A stretch of 64,000 nucleotides of DNA from positions 276,858 to 340,857 of the forward strand of contig JANRJK010000036.1 of NCBI GenBank assembly GCA_033764015.1, read 5' to 3'. Shown piece by piece: positions 56,224 to 64,000 of the stretch. The notes under the pieces are model-generated. The model had not been told where the DNA came from, did not search any database, and was given only the letters and a program-made list of their open reading frames with translations. Made by a program: the position numbers and the translations under genes. Source of the stretch: Candidatus Sumerlaeia bacterium (GTDB taxonomy: Bacteria > Sumerlaeota > Sumerlaeia > SLMS01 > JANRJK01). Each line of letters starts with the position of its first letter. Position 1 is the stretch's first letter.

Positions 56224-57465
56224 ATGAACGTGCGGTTCCGCAGCAAGCCAGCCAAGTACGACTCCGGACGCCATACGGCGCCGGGGTGCCTGATCCCGTT
56301 CTTCCTGATCTTCGCGATCGCCGGGGCCGCCGCCGGGTTCTTCCTCTTCCGCAACATCCAGAAGGGGCGCGAGGTCGAGAACACCTGGCCGCAGGTTCCC
56401 GCCCGCATCATCTCCTCGCAGATCATCACGAACCACGACAGCGACGGGAACACATACCGCCCCGAGTTCACCTACGTTTACGAGTTCGAGGGGCGCCAGG
56501 AGTCGGCCACCGGCCACTCCCCGGCGCGGTTCTCCTCGGGCTACGGCTGGGCCAACCGGCGCCTCGCCGAGCACCCCGTCGGCTCGGAGACAATGGTCTA
56601 CGTGAATCCGGCGGATCCCTCCGAGGCGTACATCGAGGGCGCATCCGGGATGCTTTGGCTCTTCCTGCTGATCCCTGCGGTGTTCATCGCGGTTGGAATC
56701 GGCGGGCCGGTGTGGGTGCTGCGGAGCCGCTCCGCGGAGAGCACCGCGCTGCCGGCGCCCAGCGCGGCGGACCTGTCGCAGCGGACGCCCAGCGGTTCCG
56801 GGAAGGCGTTCGGCTGCTTCCCCGCGGCGCCGAAAACGACGCCCGGGCGGCGCCTCGCCGTGTCGATCCCTCCTGAGACCTCAGGGGTCGCGAGGATTAT
56901 CGGGCTCCTTCTCGTTTCGATCATCTGGAACGGCATTTCCTGGGTCGGATTCGTCAGCGTTTACCGGGAGCAGGGCTGGGCCTTTCCCACATTCTTCCTG
57001 CTGCTGTTCGTGCTGGTCGGCGCGGGGCTCATCTCGGGCTTCGTCCATGCGGTGCTGCGCGTGTTCCTGACGGGGAGCACGGAGCTCGAGCTGGACCGCG
57101 AGCCGATGCGCCCCGGGGGCTACAGCCGACTCGTCGTCCGCCAGCACGGGCGCAACCGCATCAACCAGCTTTCGGTCAAGGTGCTGTGCCGCGAGAGCGT
57201 CACCTACCGGCAGGGTACCAGCACCGTGACCCACACGGAGACGGTGTACGAGTATCCGCTGGCCGACTTGTCCGGGGGCGAGTCGCGCCCCGGCCAGCCG
57301 TTCGAGTTCACCACCGAGTTCGCGCTCCCCGAGGAGGCGATGCACAGCTTCCAGGCCTCGAACAACAAGATCGTCTGGAGCGTGGAAGTGAAGATGGATA
57401 TTCCCGGGAAGCCCGACGTGCACGACCAGTTCGTGTTCCGCGTCGCGCCGCCGATGGGGGCCTGA
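56224..57465 (+). CDS. Membrane protein with two TM-anchored beta-rich modules (DUF3592-like)
   Basis: Two repeats of TM helix plus a roughly 120-aa soluble segment (LIPFFLIFAIAGAAAGFFLF...; IIGLLLVSIIWNGISWVGFV...LLLFVLVGAGLISGFV). The DUF3592 attribution is tentative. Confidence 0.45.
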   Translation: MNVRFRSKPAKYDSGRHTAPGCLIPFFLIFAIAGAAAGFFLFRNIQKGREVENTWPQVPARIISSQIITNHDSDGNTYRPEFTYVYEFEGRQESATGHSPARFSSGYGWANRRLAEHPVGSETMVYVNPADPSEAYIEGASGMLWLFLLIPAVFIAVGIGGPVWVLRSRSAESTALPAPSAADLSQRTPSGSGKAFGCFPAAPKTTPGRRLAVSIPPETSGVARIIGLLLVSIIWNGISWVGFVSVYREQGWAFPTFFLLLFVLVGAGLISGFVHAVLRVFLTGSTELELDREPMRPGGYSRLVVRQHGRNRINQLSVKVLCRESVTYRQGTSTVTHTETVYEYPLADLSGGESRPGQPFEFTTEFALPEEAMHSFQASNNKIVWSVEVKMDIPGKPDVHDQFVFRVAPPMGA

Positions 57466-57470
57466 CGCCG

Positions 57471-57899
57471 ATGGCCGCGCCGGAACTGATGCTGCACCTC
57501 GAAGACGCCCGAACGGTCTTCCACCCCGGGGACCGGATCGCCGGTGAGGCCCACGTCGTGAACGACAGCGAGTGGACCGCGACGCAGTTCGTGGTCGAGC
57601 TGCGCTGGAGCACGTACGGGCGCGGCGACCAGGACACGGGCGCCGGCGCGGTGCAGGTACTGGCGCCGCCGGGGCAGGAGGTGCCCGCCCGTTCTAGCCA
57701 CCGCTTCGCGCTGACGGTGCCGCCGCTCCCGTGGACGTACCACGGGCGCGCGCTCAAGATCGGCTGGTGCGTGCGCCTCTACGCGGGAGGGCGGCACATC
57801 ACGGATTCGGAGACGACGGTCGATTTCGAGCTTCGCCCAAGGCCAGAGCCTGCAGGTGTCGACAGCATGGCTCCGCCGGACCTGCCGCCGCCGGAGTAG
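57471..57899 (+). CDS. Small hypothetical protein (143 aa)
   Basis: Trimmed to MAAPELMLHLEDARTVFHPGDRIAGEAHVV... It lies 5 nt after the preceding gene's stop and is probably co-transcribed. No family recognised. Confidence 0.4.
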   Translation: MAAPELMLHLEDARTVFHPGDRIAGEAHVVNDSEWTATQFVVELRWSTYGRGDQDTGAGAVQVLAPPGQEVPARSSHRFALTVPPLPWTYHGRALKIGWCVRLYAGGRHITDSETTVDFELRPRPEPAGVDSMAPPDLPPPE

Positions 57900-57908
57900 G
57901 CCGGGAGC

Positions 57909-60737
<2,829 letters not shown>

Positions 60738-60803
60738 GTGTTCCTTCGTCCGCGGGTTGCGGTCCGTGCCGACGGGTGGCAACGGACGTGCCGGTCGTGG
60801 AGG

Positions 60804-62546
60804 CTACTTCACCGCCGCTTCGAGGCGCTTCTGGAGGTCGGCGTTCGCCTTGGTCTCCATCTCGCGGAGGCGCTCCGCGAACATCTTGTTCGTCTCCGGC
60901 TTCAGGCTGATGCGGGGGAAGTGCCCGCCCCAGGCTCCGGAGGCGGAGTCGACGTAGACGTCGTCGGAGGTGTCCCACTTCCGGTCCGCGCCGGCGGAGA
61001 CGATGTACTCCTGCCGGACGTCGATGCCGAAGCCCCAGCCGTCGACGCGGTCGGCGGCGAGCATGCCGAACTCGGAGAAGTCCTGTGTCTTGGCGGCCCA
61101 GACGCCGTACTTCTTGCGGTAGTCGCCGTTCATGGTTCCGAGGCGTTTCAGCTTGGGGATGGTGGAGAGGTAGCTCTCGGCGACGGCGGTCTGCGCGGCG
61201 AGCTCCTTCTCGGCGTCGAGCAGGCCCATGGTGTCCGGTTCGTCGTCGCCCCCCGAGACCACGGAGGCGACGGTGTAGCCGACGACGGCGATCACGGCGA
61301 GTCCGATGAAGGCGGCGACCGCGAGGCGGATCTTGTCCGCGGAGGAGCCCTTCGCGCCGGGGGGCGCCACCGGACGCGGGGCGGACGATGCGGAGGACTT
61401 GGGAATCGGCGCCGGCGCCGGGGCCAGAGCCGGGGGCGGGGCGCCGCCCTCCGGCACCGGGGCGTCTGGGTAGCCCATCGAAACAGCGGCGACCGGGGGT
61501 GCGGCCCTCCCGGCCTGGTCGGAGTGGGCGCGCTCCGAATACATCGGGACCGGGGGGGGCGGCGTGAACGCCGGCGCCACGGGGGCGTGGCGGCCCGTCT
61601 CCTCCTGCGAGCTGTCGCCGTACTGCGGGAGGGCCGGGATGCTGCCGGGCGAGGGCGTGGGCTCGTCGGGGTAGGAGAAGTCCTCGGGGCCGCCGGCGGC
61701 CTGCTGGCCATCCTGCGGCTGCGCCTGCTGGTAGGCCGCGAACAGGTCGTTCGCGGCGCGGTCGAGGCGAGTCTGGAGCGCGGCGAGGTTGACCGGGCGC
61801 TCCTCCGGGTCCTTGGCCAGCATCTCCATCAGGAGTTCGAGGACCGGGTCGGTGAGGTACTCGGCGGGGGTGTCGAAGTTGATGGCGTCGCCCTGGATCG
61901 ACTCCGCGAGGGACATCGGATCGTCGGCCCAGTGCGGCGGGAGGCCGCAGATGAGGTAGTAGAGCGTCGCGCCGAGGCCGTAGACGTCCGCGGCTTCGTC
62001 GAGTTCGAGGCCCGCGACCGCTTCGGGCGGCGCGAAGGGGAGCACCGAGATAAGGGCGGGGTTGAGGATGCCGCCGGAGCACTTGGCGAGGAGGCCTCCC
62101 CAGCCGGCGTGGAGCAGCTTCGCCTGCTCGTTCTCGTTGATGAAGACGGAGGCGGGCGAGATGAGGCGGTGGGTCTGCTTGTGCTTCTGGAGCGTGATGA
62201 GGGAGTCGATGACTTGCACGCCCCAGTTGAGGGCGACGGGGGCCGGGGGCAGGCCGACGCTGACGGCGCGGCGCCCGATGTGGTCGCCTTCGAGCCACTC
62301 GTAGACGGCCCAGTACTGGCCGTCGGACTCGCCCCACTCGACGGGCGCGCAGACGCGGGAGGCGGCGGCGTTGCGCAGCGCCTGCATTTCCGCCTTGCAG
62401 CGCGCCCAGGCCGCCGGGTCGGCGATTTGGGAGGTGGGCACCGCGGCGAGCCAGTGACGCTGCTGGTTGGCGTTGAACGCCTGCCAGGACGTCACGAGGC
62501 CGTTGCTCGCGAGCTGTTCACCGATGGTGAAGGAACCGAACGACAA
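60804..62546 (-). CDS. Protein-kinase-fold pseudokinase with a TM helix and an extracytoplasmic C-terminal domain
   Basis: The kinase-like N-terminal domain retains the APE/activation-segment and alpha-F regions (LPFAPPEAV...DVYGLGATLYYLICGLPP). The catalytic motifs are degenerate: HRD-LKPxN becomes THRLISPAS, DFG becomes HAG, and the VAIK lysine is missing. A Pro-rich linker and TM helix AVAAFIGLAVIAVVGYTV follow. Confidence 0.6.
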   Translation of the reverse strand: MSFGSFTIGEQLASNGLVTSWQAFNANQQRHWLAAVPTSQIADPAAWARCKAEMQALRNAAASRVCAPVEWGESDGQYWAVYEWLEGDHIGRRAVSVGLPPAPVALNWGVQVIDSLITLQKHKQTHRLISPASVFINENEQAKLLHAGWGGLLAKCSGGILNPALISVLPFAPPEAVAGLELDEAADVYGLGATLYYLICGLPPHWADDPMSLAESIQGDAINFDTPAEYLTDPVLELLMEMLAKDPEERPVNLAALQTRLDRAANDLFAAYQQAQPQDGQQAAGGPEDFSYPDEPTPSPGSIPALPQYGDSSQEETGRHAPVAPAFTPPPPVPMYSERAHSDQAGRAAPPVAAVSMGYPDAPVPEGGAPPPALAPAPAPIPKSSASSAPRPVAPPGAKGSSADKIRLAVAAFIGLAVIAVVGYTVASVVSGGDDEPDTMGLLDAEKELAAQTAVAESYLSTIPKLKRLGTMNGDYRKKYGVWAAKTQDFSEFGMLAADRVDGWGFGIDVRQEYIVSAGADRKWDTSDDVYVDSASGAWGGHFPRISLKPETNKMFAERLREMETKANADLQKRLEAAVK

Positions 62547-62721
62547 GGGAGCCGCCTCCGGGCAGGGGGGTGCGGGAGTACTATACCGAAGCGCGCAGGT
62601 TATTCAAGGGGCCGCAACGAGGCTTCGAGCCGCAACGGGATAGTGGACCCGGGGAGCCCCACGAGCCGGTTGCCCCGACTCCGGAGCCGTTGGTGAATCG
62701 TTCGACAAGGAGCCGCGAGCG

Positions 62722-63948
62722 ATGGAAACCGGAACAGTGTGCAGGAACCAGGAGATCTCGGAGCGCGCGGACCGCGCCCTGATGGACACCTACGGCCACC
62801 GCGACGTCGCCATCGTCCGCGGCGAGGGCGCGTACGTCTGGGACGCGGACGGCAAGCGCTACCTGGACTTCCTGGCCGGGATCGCGACGAACAACCTGGG
62901 GCACTGCCACCCGGCGATCTCCGAGGCGATCGCGAAGCAGGCCGGCCGCCTCCTGCACGTTTCGAACATCGTGCTGATCGAGGAGCAGGTGGAGCTGGCG
63001 GAGATCCTCCTCTCCGAGACCGGCATGGACCGTGCCTTCATCGCGAACACGGGGACCGAGGCGGCGGAGTGCGCGATCAAGCTGGCGCGCATGGCGGGGC
63101 TGCGGAAGTCGCCGGAGCGCGACACGATCATGGTGTTCACGGGCTCCTTCCACGGGCGCACCTTCGGGGCGCTGTCGGCCACGCACGAGCCGAAGTACCG
63201 GGAGGGCTTCGGCGGGATGCTGCAGGGTTTCCGCTTCGCCGAGTTCAACAGCCTCGCGGACGTGGACGCGAAGTGGGACGAGCGCATCTGCGCGGTGATG
63301 CTGGAGCCGATCCAGGGGAACAGCGGCGTCGCGACGGCCTCGAAGGAGTTCCTGACCGGGCTGCGCGAGCGCTGCACGCGCCGCGGCGTGCCGCTGGTGC
63401 TGGACGAAGTGCAGTGCGGCATGGGGCGCTCGGGGCGCTCCTTTGCCTACCAGCACGCGGGGATCGAACCGGACGTGCTGCTGCTGGCGAAGGCGCTCGG
63501 CGGGGGCATCCCGATCGGCGCGACGCTCGCACGGGGCGAGTACGCGGAGGTCTTCCACAAGGGGCAGCACGGCACGACGTTCGGCGGCAACCCGCTGGCG
63601 TGCGCGGTGGCGTGCGTGGCGGCGCGGATGCTGTTCGACTTCGAACTGCACGAAGAGGTGGGCCGCCTCGGGTGCCGGCTCTGGGGCCATATGCTCGAGG
63701 TCCAGAAGCGGATGCCGGACATGATCGACCACATGCGCGGCAAGGGCCTGATGCTGGGGCTGGTGCTGAATCGCTCCGCGCTGCCGTTCCCGAAGATCGC
63801 GCTGAAGCACGGGCTGCTGATCACCGGCGCGGGCGGCAATGTGGTGCGCCTGGTGCCGCCGCTGATCGTGACCGAGGACCAGATCGACGACGGCGCGCGG
63901 CGCATCGAGGCGGCGCTGCGCGAGCTGGCGGAAACGCCCGCGACCTGA
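62722..63948 (+). CDS. argD: Acetylornithine/class-III aminotransferase (PLP-dependent)
   Basis: Reads ...YLDFLAGIATNNLGHCHP...NTGTEAAECAIKLAR...LVLDEVQCGMGRSGRSFAYQHAGIEPDVLLLAKALGGGIPIGA...TFGGNPLACAV... Contains the DEVQ...GRTG-type Lys site context. Confidence 0.85.
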   Translation: METGTVCRNQEISERADRALMDTYGHRDVAIVRGEGAYVWDADGKRYLDFLAGIATNNLGHCHPAISEAIAKQAGRLLHVSNIVLIEEQVELAEILLSETGMDRAFIANTGTEAAECAIKLARMAGLRKSPERDTIMVFTGSFHGRTFGALSATHEPKYREGFGGMLQGFRFAEFNSLADVDAKWDERICAVMLEPIQGNSGVATASKEFLTGLRERCTRRGVPLVLDEVQCGMGRSGRSFAYQHAGIEPDVLLLAKALGGGIPIGATLARGEYAEVFHKGQHGTTFGGNPLACAVACVAARMLFDFELHEEVGRLGCRLWGHMLEVQKRMPDMIDHMRGKGLMLGLVLNRSALPFPKIALKHGLLITGAGGNVVRLVPPLIVTEDQIDDGARRIEAALRELAETPAT

Positions 63949-64000
63949 CCCGGTGGCAAGCGCGCGCCCGAGGGCGCTCACGATCGCGGGCAGCGACAGC

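Overview
A 64 kb chromosomal segment at roughly 70% GC from an unidentified bacterium, densely packed with genes on both strands. A T2SS-type pseudopilin, many Sec-signal proteins, a Hanks-type kinase and carboxypeptidase-regulatory-like repeats fit a Verrucomicrobia, Planctomycetes or Acidobacteria-like lineage, but this is a guess.

Housekeeping genes recognised from the translations are metK, ahcY, trpS, uvrA, an argD-like aminotransferase, a class-II DAHP synthase, thiE and thiL, pilT, a livK/livH pair, tandem tRNA-Val and tRNA-Asp, and a partial complex I cluster (nuoH-I-J-K-N-L).

The track's very long ORFs (761 to 1547 aa) are antisense or out-of-frame artefacts of the high GC content. 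Several real genes sit inside artificially 5'-extended or fused ORFs and were re-trimmed using internal Met or GTG starts that produce stop/start overlaps. A family-1 glycosyltransferase on the minus strand at 1..1134 is absent from the track because its stop lies beyond the window edge.

Regions that merit a second look:
- A lower-GC single-gene islet at 12349..14664 encoding a 771-aa protein with an N-terminal HExxH zinc-peptidase-like motif and a C-terminal PD-(D/E)xK nuclease-like motif.
- A three-gene lipid-associated module at 7569..12114: an unrecognisable 809-aa protein, then a phosphatidylserine-decarboxylase-family proenzyme with an overlapping start, then an Lgt-like polytopic membrane protein.
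- A GspG-like pseudopilin followed by two secreted proteins that together carry three copies of a novel domain of roughly 250 aa.
- A kinase-fold pseudokinase sitting directly upstream of uvrA on the same strand.
- A standalone LarC C-terminal-like mini-gene embedded in a tightly overlapping mixed-function operon (membrane protein, GT39-like, thiE, thiL, ABC-F, chrA).
- Complex I oddities: no nuoM between nuoK and nuoL, and a His-rich insertion in NuoL.

No CRISPR array, transposase, integrase or rRNA gene was seen. All family assignments come from reading motifs in the translations by eye; coordinates of trimmed starts may be off by a few nucleotides.
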